Shown here piece after piece: positions 49,528 to 61,465 of a DNA stretch of 64,000 bases (its first letter is position 1; every line of letters begins with the position of its first letter). Source of the DNA: Raja brachyura (Eukaryota); the NCBI GenBank assembly GCA_963514005.1, contig OY740792.1, forward strand, positions 36,208,001 to 36,272,000, in the 5' to 3' direction. Both the position numbers and the translations under genes were made by a program. Under the pieces are notes generated by a model, which did not search any database, had not been told where the DNA came from, and worked only from the letters and a program-made list of their open reading frames with translations.

Positions 49528-52500
49528 ACCTTATATTATTAATCTCATGATTTTGTACACCTCTATGAGATTAGCCCTCATATGCACTCCAAGGAACAGA
49601 GTCCTATTCTGCTCAACCTATTGCTCAGGCCCTTGAGTCTTGGCAACATCCTCAATTTGTTTCTGCACCCTTTCCAGCTTGACAATATCTTTCCTGTAAC
49701 CTGGTGACCAAAACTGAACACAATACTCTAAATGAGGCCTCACCAACATCTTATGTAACAGGAACACGACCTCCCAACTTCTACAGTCAATACTCTGACA
49801 GATCAGGCCAATTTGACCACCTGATCTACCTGTGATGCCACTTCCAAGGAACTATGTACCTCCACTCACTGCCTGACCCGCTGAGTTACTCCAGAATTTT
49901 GTGTCCGCTCCTCGATCCCTCTGCTCTAAACATACCCCAGAGCCCCACCATTCTGGGGAGTGTTGTAGAGCAGAGATGTGGGAGTGCAGATAGTGGTGGC
50001 ACAGGTCACATTGCTAATGAATTATTTCACCCTGTGACTGTCCCTTTACGACTGATCCTCCAGTGATGCTAGCCACTAGCCCTTGCTTCTCCCAAGGGAT
50101 ATTTGAAGGAGATTAACATCTCTTATTTCCCTCCCAATGTTTGGCTGACATCAGATGGTGCAGAAGCTGAAAGATCAAAGTGCGCGCGCAGCTTTTACCA
50201 TGGCGCTAATCTTTGTCTGTAACACCACTTTTCATTCCATCCCCACTGGGAAGGCAGCCTTTTCAGCGTCTCATCACATTGCTGATGGTGGTAAGAAAGT
50301 CCACCCGTCTAAAATTACCCGATGTGCTTGGTATCTCCCTTCCTCTACCCTCCCATTTATTCTGCCCATATTCTCGCCGAAAAAAAATATTTGCTTTACA
50401 GTGCGAAAGACTCCAAATGCTGTCTGTACAAAGCTTGTAAGTTCTCCCTGTAACTGCGTGGGATTCAGCACCACATATTTCACTTGGGCAGCTTGCAACC
50501 CAGCAGTGTTTATCTAAGTAATCCTTGCATCTCCTTCCTCTCTGTCCCTCCCCCACCCTAGTCGGCCTACTAGTTTCACTGTCATCCTGCTTAGTTTCAC
50601 TGTTTGCATCTACTCGTTATCACCTTTCCCACAGCCCACAACGGACCATTGTGGGCTCCACCTTTCCTTGATCATTGTTGTTGGTTTTGATTTGTTCTTT
50701 TCACACATTTCATTCCTTTGCTCTTTGTACCTTTTCATACCTCTACTTTCTCCCTCCCAGAGTCTGAAGAAGGCTCTCGATCTGAAACGCCACCTATTCC
50801 TTTTCTCCAGAGATGTTGCCTTATCCCATGAGTTACTCCAGCATTTTATATCTGAGCCAGAGATAACGATGATTTTTCATTTGCTATTACAGGTTGAAGG
50901 CTGGAGGGCTGTACAACCAGTCTGGCAAGTAATGTCTAATTGCTCAGGAATCTTCACGAAAATGCAGGAATTATAAAGTTAGAGTACCTTGCAATGGTGG
51001 ACATTTGTCAGACCAAATGCCTCGGGCCAATGCATCTATAATAACGTAATCCTGTTAGAAAATGTCAAATAATTTACCCTGCTTTCTCTTTCATTTCCTG
51101 ACAGAAAGACGTGTACTTCATAACTGGATCAGTATTGAAACGTTAATTTATGTATAATATGCACTGGTATACATTTGAACCTGTGGATTGAACATAATTT
51201 ACAGCAAAGTAACAGGCCCTTCGGCCCTCAATGTTTGTGCCAAACATGATACAAGGATAAACTAATCTCATCTGCCTACACACAGGGCGGCACAGTGGTG
51301 CAATGGGTAGAGCTGCTGCCTCACAGAGTCAGAGACCCAGGTTCAATCCTGACCTCGGGTGCTGTTTGTGCGGAGTTTGTACGTTCTCCTCGTGACTACA
51401 TGGGCTTCCTGCTACATCCCAACGATGTGCAGGATCGCAGGTTAATTAACGTCTTGACTACCCGTTATGTAGGGTGTGGATGCAAAAGTGGGATAACAGA
51501 ACCAGTGTGAACGGGTGATCAATAGTCGACAAGATCTGGGTGGGTCAAATGGCCTGTTTCCATGCTGTATCTCTACAATAAACTAAACATGAACCATATC
51601 CCTCCACTTCCAGCCTATACATCTGCCTATCTAAAAGCCTCTTAAACATCCTCATCGTATCAACAACATGTTCAAGGCAGCAATTAAATGTTTCCACTTT
51701 TTGAAATTAACCAATTAAAATGGAACCTGGCTCTCCCTGGAAAAAGCCAAGATCATGTTGCTCTCATCAGCAGACAAAAAACCCTTTGCTTTTTGGGGTA
51801 GATTAATCCACAAGGAAAGAGTTTAAGAAAAGTGCTGAATGCAATGTTTAACTAGAGGCTGCGGAGGCATTAGGTTGGAACCTGTCACTCTGCTTAAAAT
51901 GAGCTACGTAATATCACGAGAGGAATAGACAGGGTGAATGCCCAGAGTCTTTTACCTAGAGTAGTGGAATCAAGAACCAGAGGACAAACTGTAGGTTTGG
52001 GGTGATGGGGTAAGATTTAATAGGAACCTGAGAGGCAACTATCTTACACAAAGGATGGTGGGTGTATGGAACAAGCTGCCAGAGGAGGTAGTTCAAGCAG
52101 GTACTATCACAACATTTAAGAAACATTTAGACAGGTATGGATAGGACTGGTTTATAGGGATACGAGCCAAATACAGGCTTTAGGCTTTAGAGATACAGTG
52201 TGGGTTTAGAGAAACTCAGCGGGTGCAGCAGCATCTATGGAGCGAAGGAAATAGGCAACGTTTCGGGCCGAAACCCTTCTTCAGACTGATGTAAGGTGGG
52301 GTGGGGAGAAGAAAGGAGAAGAAAGGAGAAAGGAAGAGGAGGAGCCCGAGGGCTGAGGGAGAGCTGAGAAGGGGAGGGGACAGCAAGGGCTACCGGAAAT
52401 TGGAGAAGTCAATGTTTATGCCGCTAGGGTGCAAACTGCCCAAGCGGAATACGAGGTGCTCCAATTTCCAGTGGTGCTCACTCTGGCCATTGAAGAGGCC

Positions 52501-52884
52501 CAGGACAGGTGTGCCGACAAGTGATCACCACATACACTTGCACTATCCTCCACATTATGGCACATTATAATTTTACCAAAGCCAATTAACCTACAAACAT
52601 GTACATCCTTGGAGTGTGGGAAGAAACCGGAGAAAACGCAACCGGTCACAGGGAGAACGTACAAACTCCATAGAGGCAGCACTCGTAGTCAGGATCGAAC
52701 CCGGTCTCTTGCACTGTAAGGCAGAAACTACCACTGCCGCCGCCCCTATGGGTACTACTAGCGTAGATGGGGCATGTTGGTCGTTGTGGGCAAGTTGAGC
52801 AGAACGGCTGGATGACTCTATACGGTGATTTGGAACTCATCTTTGCACAACAAAATACTTATCCATACATCAACGAAAGTGGTG

Positions 52885-52890
52885 TTTATT
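52885..52890 (-). terminator. Probable PTGFRN polyadenylation signal
   Basis: AATAAA on the minus strand ~360 nt after the stop codon, followed by a GT/T-rich downstream tract. Confidence 0.6.
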
Positions 52891-53250
52891 GTGCACTCTG
52901 TCAGTGTTGCAAGCGCAGTGATACGGTGTCCGACCCGCAGACACGGGGAACGTGACCGGGTCCAGCTCTTCACGTCCACACTGGGCGAAAGGAGAGGAAA
53001 TCGGCAACATCACCGTAGCGTAATTTACTGCAAAAAAAATCTTTTTAAAAAAAACTTAGAGAAAAAAATCACACTGACATTCCCAAAATATTTTTTACTC
53101 CACGCAAAGAAAATGAACATGGCTTTTTGTTTTAAATTACAAATCACTGCGCGTGGTAAATATCTAAAAGATCCGGCTTTGCTTGTCCTCCCCCAAGTGT
53201 CAGAGTACAGGTAGTTCAATCGTTGTTCCTGAACGTGGCTGGGGGTCGTC

Positions 53251-53414
53251 TCAGCTCAGGCATTTGTGGAGTAACCCACGTCTCTCGTCCAGGGGTGCAG
53301 CCCTTCCTCTTGGAGGCTTTGGGAAGGCACAATAACCGATGGTGCAGGCGAGAATCGCAACCAGTAAGGCACTGACTACTCCGTACAAGAGCGGCATCTT
53401 GAACGAGTCTAGCA
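53251..53414 (-). CDS. PTGFRN: PTGFRN (CD9P-1/EWI-F) last coding exon: transmembrane helix and cytoplasmic tail
   Basis: VLDSFKMPLLYGVVSALLVAILACTIGYCAFPKPPRGRAAPLDERRGLLHKCLS*. Resembles the recalled mammalian PTGFRN VLNAFKYPLLIG...CLIGYC. Pyrimidine-rich acceptor with AG at 53415-53416. Confidence 0.9.
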
Positions 53415-55202
53415 CTGGAGGGGAGGGGGAGGGGGGGGGGGAAAAGGGAAACAGCAAAAAGTGGAAACAAAAAAAGTCAGTACAAGTATCTTTAGAATGC
53501 AATTCCTCACACTATTAAGCTACTTCCTGGTTCTATTACTAGCATCTTATCAGTTTACTTCAGAGATAAAGTGCAGAAACAGGCTCTTGGGCCCACCGAG
53601 GCCACGCCGACCAGCGATCCCACACACTAGGGACAATTTACTATTTTACTGAAGCCAATTAACCTACAACCCTGTACATCTTTGGCGTGTGGGAGGAAAC
53701 TGGAGCACCCAGAGAAAATGCATGTAGTCATAGGGAAAACGTGCAAACTCCGTACGGACAGCACCAGTCAAACCCAGGGCCCTGGCACTGAAAGGCAGAG
53801 AGCCTAAAGAAGTGCCCCGGCCAGCAACATTTCCTGTTCATTCCCTCCACAGATGCTGCCTGACCCGTTGAGTTCCTCCAGCACTTTGCATTTTGACCTT
53901 ATTATTCAAGTTTTTTTAATTCACTCAATTAAACTCTCATTCTTTTGGTTCCTAACAATGTTCAAGAAAGAAACAAAGATTGAAATTCCTCCCCGATAAC
54001 ATTTGAACACTTTACTTAAAATCTAACGTTTTAATTAAAGGTGAAAAATCAAAACAAACACAAAGTGCTGGAGTAACTCAGCGGGTCAGACAGCATCTGT
54101 GGAATTCTGTGCCTCAGAGGGTGGTGGAGGCTGGTTCTCTGGATACTTTCAAGAGAGAGCTAGATAGGGCTCTTTAAGATAGTCAGTGGATATGAAGAGA
54201 AGGCAGGAACGGGGTACTGATTGGGGATGATCAGCCATGATCACATTGAATGGCGGTGCTGGCTCAAAGGGCCGAATGGCCTACTCCTGCACCTATTGTC
54301 TATCTCTGGAGAACATGGATAGGCGACGTTTTAAGTCGGGACATTCTTCAAACTGATTGTAGAAAAGGGCGGTGGGGAGGGGGGCATGGAAGAAAAGGCC
54401 AGGACAAGTCAGGACTGGCAACAGATGACCTCAGGCAGGGAGTGATAGGTGGATATAGGCGAGGGGGGGGGGGGGGGGGGGTGGGGGGCGGTGATAGGCA
54501 GATGGTTTCAGGTCGGGACCCCTTTTCAGCTGATATATTTTCGCACAGGGTGAATGATGCACTGGAGTATTATTCTCTGGTAGATAAGGCATAAATTGTT
54601 GGAGTAACTCAGCGGGTCAGGCAGCATCTCTGGAGAAAATGAATAGATGACATTTCGGGTCAAGACCCATCTTCTGGGTTGGGGAGAGAGAAACTAGAGG
54701 TATGAAAAGGTACAAAAAGCAAGTGAATAAAAGGTGTGAAAAGAACAAATCAAAGCCAGCAATGGTGATCAAGAAAGGTGGAGCCCACAATGGTCCATTG
54801 TTGGCTGTGGGAAAAGGTGATAGAGGTGAAACAAACAGTGAAACTAAGCAGGCTGACAATGGAAACTGGTAGGATAACTAGTTGGGGGAAGGATGGAGAG
54901 AGAGGGAATGCAAGGGTTACTTGAAATGAGAGAAATCAACATTCATACTGCTGGATTATAAGCTGCCCAAGCACAATTTGTTTGTTCTTTATACCCTTTC
55001 ATACCCCTGGTTTCCCTCTCACCTGACACTCAGTATAAAGAAAGGAGCCAACCCGAAAAGTCACCTATTCCTTTTCTCCAGAGATGCCGCCTGACCTGCA
55101 GAGTTACTGCAGCATTTTGTGTCCATATTTGGTGTAAACCAGAATCTGCAGTTCGTCCCTACACATTTGTTCTCTGGTATCTCTGAGCAAATCTCCACTA
55201 AC

Positions 55203-55502
55203 CTGAAATATCGATGCGCATGGAAAGCTGAGCAGATTCCTGTGGAGGGATTTGGACCCATTTATCGGTCTCATATTTTATCCAGGGCGTCACTTTGCAA
55301 AAATAATCTCCAGTGAAGTCACGGTCCACACAGTTGGCTCGCAGTCGAAAGCCGTGCGTGCTAACTCGTTCAGCGCTGATCCCACGCGTCCCAAAGTCTT
55401 CCTGGTAGGTGACTACTGATCTCCGATCCACCAACACCAAAGGACTCAGTGTGGCATTAAAATGAATGCCTTGGAAGTACCATTCCACTTCATACAAAAC
55501 AT
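55203..55502 (-). CDS. PTGFRN: PTGFRN exon, C-terminal part of Ig domain 6
   Basis: DVLYEVEWYF...ERVSTHGFRL...FTGDYFCKVTPWIK. Acceptor tcatag, donor gttag; 300 nt. Confidence 0.9.
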
Positions 55503-55599
55503 CTATGAGGGAAGGTGATAAATCATTTGGATTAATGGATGGCACAAGACAATAGGCATTTCTAAATTCAATTCAATCCCATTTATACCCACAATACAA

Positions 55600-56215
55600 T
55601 GAGCAGCACAATGGCGCAGCGGTAGAGTTGCTGCCTTACAGCACCATAGACACGGGTTCGATCTTGACTACAGGTGCTCTTTCTACACAGTTTGTGCATT
55701 CGCTCTGTGACCGTGTGGGTTTTCTCCGGGTGCTCCTGTTTTCTTCTACACTCCAAAGACGTGCAGGCTGTAGGTTAATTGGCTTCTGTAAATTGCAAAT
55801 TTTCTCTAGTGTGTAGGATAGTGCTAGTGTACGGGGGTCAGTGCTGGTCGGTGCGGACTCGGTGGGCCGAGGGACCTGTTTCTTAAACTTAACTTAAAAC
55901 TATATAACTCCACTTTGCTTTAGACTTTAGATATGCAGAGCAGAAACAGGCCCTTCATCCGACCAAGACAGCACCAACCAGCAATCACTCTGTATACTAG
56001 GACTATCCTACACATTAGTAGCAATTTACAATTTACAGAAGACAATTAACCTACAAACCTGCGCAAGTTTGGAGTGTGGGAATAAACTGGAGCACCCAGA
56101 TAAAATCCACGCAGTCACAGGGAGAACGTACAAACTCCGTACAGACAGCACCCGTAGTCAGGATTGAACCCGAGTCTGTGGCGCTGTGAAGCAGAAACTC
56201 TACCACTGCGCCGTT
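55600..56215. mobile_element. Tail-to-tail inverted pair of V-SINEs in a PTGFRN intron
   Basis: Plus copy ~55600-55900 and minus copy ~55920-56215; similar pairs at ~60045-60825 and ~62117-62870. Confidence 0.8.
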
Positions 56216-57418
56216 CCATGATACTAGATGCACAATAACTAAAAACTACATAATGTCCAGATTTGAGAAATGTCACTCCATTTACGTCACATTAATACAA
56301 CCGGGGCAATAACAATACAACCAAGACAATAACATTCCAGAGGGTTGCATCACAGTCTGGTTCAGCAACTCAAACACCCAAGAAAGAAAGACATTACAGA
56401 GACCCGGGTTCGATCCGGACCTCGGGGTGCTGTCTGTGCGTGGAGCTTGCATGTTCTCCTTGTGACTGTGTGGGTTTCGTCCAGGTGCTCTGGTTTCCAC
56501 CCACATCCCAAAGATGAATGCGTATGTAGGTCAATTAGAGTCACGCATCACAGAAACAGGCCTTTCGGCCCAACCTGTCCATGCTAAGAAAGATACCGCA
56601 TCTAAATGTCCCATTTGGCTGCATTTGGCCCATATCCATTTCCTAGCTAAGTAACTGTCCAAGTGTCTTTTAAATGGTGTCTTTAAATTGTCCCCAGTAT
56701 GCAACTAGTGTGAACGGGTGATTGATGGTTGGCGCGCTCTCGGTGGGCTGAAGGGCCAGTTTCTATGCTGTATCTCTAAACTACACAGGTCCAAAGAAGG
56801 GCTTCCAACCCAAAATGTCACCTATTCCTTTTCTCCAGAAATGCTGCCTGACCTGCTGATTTATTCCAGCATTTTGTGTCTATCTAAAGAGGCATAGGGC
56901 AGCACGACATGGTGGTGCAGCGGTAGAGCTGCTGCCTTACAGCGCTGGAGACCCAGGTTTGTTCCTGCCTACAGGAGCTGTCTGTATGGATTTTGTACGT
57001 TCTCGCCGGGACCGTGTAGGTTTTCTCCGTACAGGTTTGTAGGTTAATTGGCTTGTTACAAGTGTAAATTGTCGCTAATGAGTGTAGGGTAGAATAACGC
57101 GTGGGGATCGCTGGTCAGTGCAGACTCAGTGGGCTGAAGGGCCTGTTTCCGCGCAGTATCTCTAAAACTAAACTGCATTGCCTTTTTGCACCCTGCACAT
57201 CATGTAACTGCATCCCTGACAAATGCAACATTCCCCAAGACGTATAAATTTTGCGTAAAGCTCTAGGAGTGGGACGGTGTGAATTAAAGCCAGACCAGAT
57301 TCGACGTGGGTGCAGCTGCTGTGAAAAGTCACCGTAGCTGTCTGAAGGTGCAGAGCCCGGTGAAGCTATTTTGGTATCACACACTATAATAGATCCAGAG
57401 CATAACGTCTAAAATTAC

Positions 57419-57526
57419 CCGATGTGCTTGGTATCTCCAGCAGATCAACCACGCAGTACATTTCCAACGTCTCTCCTTGGAGCACATGAGGTCTCTCTGA
57501 CTCCAATGTCACATTAAACCGAGGAG
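57419..57526 (-). CDS. PTGFRN: PTGFRN small exon, N-terminal part of Ig domain 6
   Basis: Manual translation APRFNVTLESERPHVLQGETLEMYCVVDLLEIPSTS supplies the first Cys missing from the next exon. Acceptor ctgcag, donor gtaatt; 108 nt, phase 1-1. Not in the ORF track. Confidence 0.88.
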
Positions 57527-59300
57527 CTGCAGTGCAAAAGGAGACAAGTTAATAGATAAGCTTTATAATGCACATCATTAAATACAAACAAACCCATTTC
57601 CCTTACCCTTCCTCTAGATAAAGGCATCAAATGTTACGGGGAGAAGGCAGGAGAACGGGGTTGAGAGGGAAAGATAGATCAGCCATGATTGAACGTCAGA
57701 GTAGATTCGATGGGCCAAATAGTCTAATTTAGCTCCTGTGATTGATGAACTGGCCTCTCTCCTTATCTCACAGCCTATTGGCTTCTTCAATGGTTCGATG
57801 ATACTTTATTGTCACATGTAACTAAATACAGTGACATTTTTAGTTTTACGTCCAATTCAGTAAAATCTTACCACACATAAGCACCTTCACACCCAAGTAC
57901 AAGAGTGCAATGATTGTAGTGTAAGAATAGTTGATCACACTGAGGCAGTACAAAGAGTCGCCATGTTTCTGGTGCCATCTTGTATTCTTCAAGTTTCACA
58001 TTTCATAAAAGCATTGATGATTTCTGAAGCATCAGAAAGTTGTCAGCAACTTTGCACCATCCAGAATTTGGAATTGATAGGCAATTATGTCCGCTTGGTT
58101 GTTTATTATTGTCACGTGCACGTCACAGAAACAGTGAAAAGCATTGGTTTGCGTGCTATCCAATCAGATCAGATAATACTATACATAAATATAATCAAGC
58201 CAAACTAACTCAAGAACAATTGGTAGAGCGAAGGGGAGATACAGAGTGCAGAATATAGTTATCAGCATTGTAGTGCACCTGTTCCTTAGATAAAGTCCAA
58301 TGTCCTCAATGGGATAGAGGTGAATTGGATAGTGCCCTAGCTTATGGAAGGACCATTCAGAAGGCCGATTATGGAGGGGAAGAAATTGTTCCCGAGTCTG
58401 GTGGTGCGCGCGACACATGAATACAATCAAGCCGTCCACAGTGCAAAGATAAAGGGTACATCGTCTAGTGCAAAGGTGCCTGGAGCGCGCTGCTTGGGGT
58501 GGTGGTGGAGGCAAATACAATAGTGGCATTGAAGAGGCCTTTAGGTAGGCACATGGATATGTAGGGAATGGATGGATATGGATCACATGCAGGCAGAAGA
58601 GATTAGTTTATCTTGGCATCAAGTTCGGCATGAAATTGCAGGAGGGCTAGTTCCTGTATTATTCTCTGTTCTATAATATTGCATTACAGCAGCATGCAAA
58701 CTGATGAAGTAGGCAGATTGTAGATGGTGTTTCGTGCAGAGAAATGTGAAATGATGCATTTTGGTAGGTGAAATAAGCAAAGGCAATATAATTATATGCA
58801 TCACGTGCAGGTAGATGAGATTAGTTTAACTTTGCACTGTGCTAAGCAGACATTGTGGGCAGAAGAGTGAAAGGCCTGGATAGAATGGATGTGGAGAGGG
58901 AGAGTGTGGTGGGAGGACCTAGGACCAGAGGGCACAGCCTCAGAATAAAAGGACGTACATTTAGAAAGGAGACGAGGAGGAATTTCTTTAGCCAGAGGGT
59001 GGTGAATCTATGGAATTCATTGCCACCGACAGCTGTGGAGGCCATCATTGGGTATTTCTAAGGCAGAGATTGACAGATTCGAGATTAGCAGGGATGTCAG
59101 GGGAGAAGACAGGAGAATGAGGTTGAGAGCGAAAGATAGATCAGTCATGATAGAATGGCAGAGTAGACTCGATGGGCCGAATGGTTTAATTCTACTCCTA
59201 TGATTATGAACTTATGCGAAGAGGCCATTCCTGTGCTGTATTGTGTTAAGTTCCATGAAATCTATTGCAAACTTCACCGCAAGATACACTCAGAACTCAC

Positions 59301-59714
59301 CTGCTGTTGTAAAGGCGACGGCAATGGGGTTTGAGTAATTGGAGACAGCCTCGGCCCACAATCCATTGTGATCTTGTACCCACGCCTGGATCAGACAGTA
59401 ATACGAGCCCTGGTCGGAAAACTGAGTCCTGTACAGCCGGAATCGGAATTCCTGGTTGCTGACCTTCTCCAGGATAATGTCTTCCGGCCGGTCCTTGACA
59501 TCCCACTGCTCCAGTTTCACCACCGACTCCCGCGTCAGTGAGATAAGCCTCTTGCTGTCCTTGGTGTCGATGGAGGCCGGCTCGTTCATCGCTACCACCA
59601 CGGAGAAGTAGGGGAGCGCCACGTGCTCTGCTGAAACGCTGCACGTCATTTCAAACGTGTTCCCCATCACAGCTGCTGGCTTCTCTTCAGTTGCCGTGAC
59701 ACTGAGCCCTGGGT
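59301..59714 (-). CDS. PTGFRN: PTGFRN exon, Ig domain 5
   Basis: GNTFEMTCSV...ISLTRESVVKLEQW...LEKVSNQEFRFRLYRTQFSDQGSYYC...SNPI. Acceptor cctcag, donor gtgag; 414 nt. Confidence 0.93.
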
Positions 59715-61042
59715 CTGAGGGGCAGAGGGGACACCAACATTACATGCTGGAACACAAGGAACTGCAGATGCTGGTTAATACACCAAAGGACAGCTTGAGT
59801 GTCACATGTAAATGCTGCAGTGAGCTTCTTTGATTTGTATACAATACACGTATTTCCAAGAGGCGCCACGTTTCGGGCACAACAAAGTTACAAAAATAAT
59901 CAATATAGCCCCGTTGGTCCCTCTTCCTTCTTCTCCCACCCCCATGCCCTTCTCCGGGTCCATCGTTGATCTTTACGCCCCGCCCTCTCCCCAACGCCTG
60001 GTACCTCTGGACGTCTCTGCTTTAAAACAGCTCGCGCCGTCCCCAGGGGCGGCAGCGGCGTAGCTGGTAAAGCCACTGCCTCATAGCACCAGAGACCCGG
60101 GTTCGATACTGACTATGGGTGTTGTCTGTGTGGAGATTGCACGTTCTTCCTGTGACCACGTGGGTTTCCTCTGGGTGCTCCGGTTTCCTGCCACGTTGTA
60201 AAGTCGTGCGGGCTGGTAAGTACATTGCCCCTACTGTGTACGGAGGGGTTGAGAAAGTGCAATAACATAGAACTAGTGTGAACGGGTGATTGATGGTCAG
60301 TGTAGACGATGGGCCTAAGGGCCTGTTTCCATGCTGTAGCTTTCTTTTTCACACAGAGGGTGGTGGGTGTCGTGAACGAGCTGGCTTAAGAGGTAGTTGA
60401 GGTAGGTACTATCCCAATGTTTAAGAACCATTTGGACAGGTACATTGATAGGACAGGTTTAGAGAGATATCGGTCAAATGCAGGCAGTGGGACTAGTGTA
60501 GATGGGACATGTTGGTCGGTGTGGGCAAGTTTAGATATACAGCAAGAAACTGGCCCTTTGACCCACCTAGTACATGCAGTGATCACCTGTTCAAACTAGT
60601 TCTATGTTATCCCACATTGTCATCCACTCCCTATACACCAGGGGCAAGTTACAGAGGGCCAATTAATCTACTAACCCGCATATCTTTGGGATGTGGGTGG
60701 AAACTGGAGCACCGGGAGGAAACCCCCACAGTTGCAGACAGAAGCTGAGGTCGGGATTAAACCCGGGTCCCTGGCGCTGTAAGACTCTCTACCTCCACCT
60801 GCTGCGCTCTACCAATTGCGCCACTATATCACCCACTCAGCATTGTAGTGCACCAGTTCCATGGACAAAGTCCAGTGTCTGCAATGGGGTAGAGATTAAT
60901 CGGACAGTACCCCCAGCTTGTTGCGCTGAAAGGCAGCAACTCTAAAACTGTGCACTGTGCACTGTGTCACCCCAAAGAAAATAACAGCATAGCACCTGGT
61001 CAGGGGAGCAATGTCCTCACAGAAATTTAAGGGGCATTTTAC

Positions 61043-61465
61043 CTTCAGTTTTCCAGAACATAACAATAGCAGAGGAAAATATTTCCTGTTTTTTCATCCA
61101 CGTGTTTCCTCGTTGTTTAATCCAGGCAGAAACGTTGCAGAAATATTCCCCTCTGTCAGAGACAGATGCATGCTGCATCTGAAACTTGAACGTATGTGGC
61201 CTGGGTTTGGTAAAGGTTATCTCTCCCTTTTGGGCTCGCTCGTTATAGTGAGGGTTCAGTTTCAGAGTCCAATCTTCATCCATCTCCGCTATCGGCCCGC
61301 TCTCACCGGCAACTCCATCGGACACGTTCGGCGTGAAGTTCCAGGCCACGGTTAACTTGGCTTCGTCAGCGTTGAGCAAGTCCAACACTTCGCACTCAAG
61401 TTCCGCTGGGTCCCCCGAGGAATTAGGCATCTTCAGTGATCTGGAGAGAATGGTGTACGTGGGAT
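61043..61465 (-). CDS. PTGFRN: PTGFRN exon, Ig domain 4
   Basis: DPAELECEV...MDEDWTLK...RAQKGE...DRGEYFCNVSAWIKQR. Acceptor tttgcag, donor gtaaa; 423 nt. Confidence 0.93.

Noticed and set aside
53254-53265. C-terminal CaaX prenylation motif in PTGFRN
   Set aside because: The Cys is third from the end (KCLS), not fourth.
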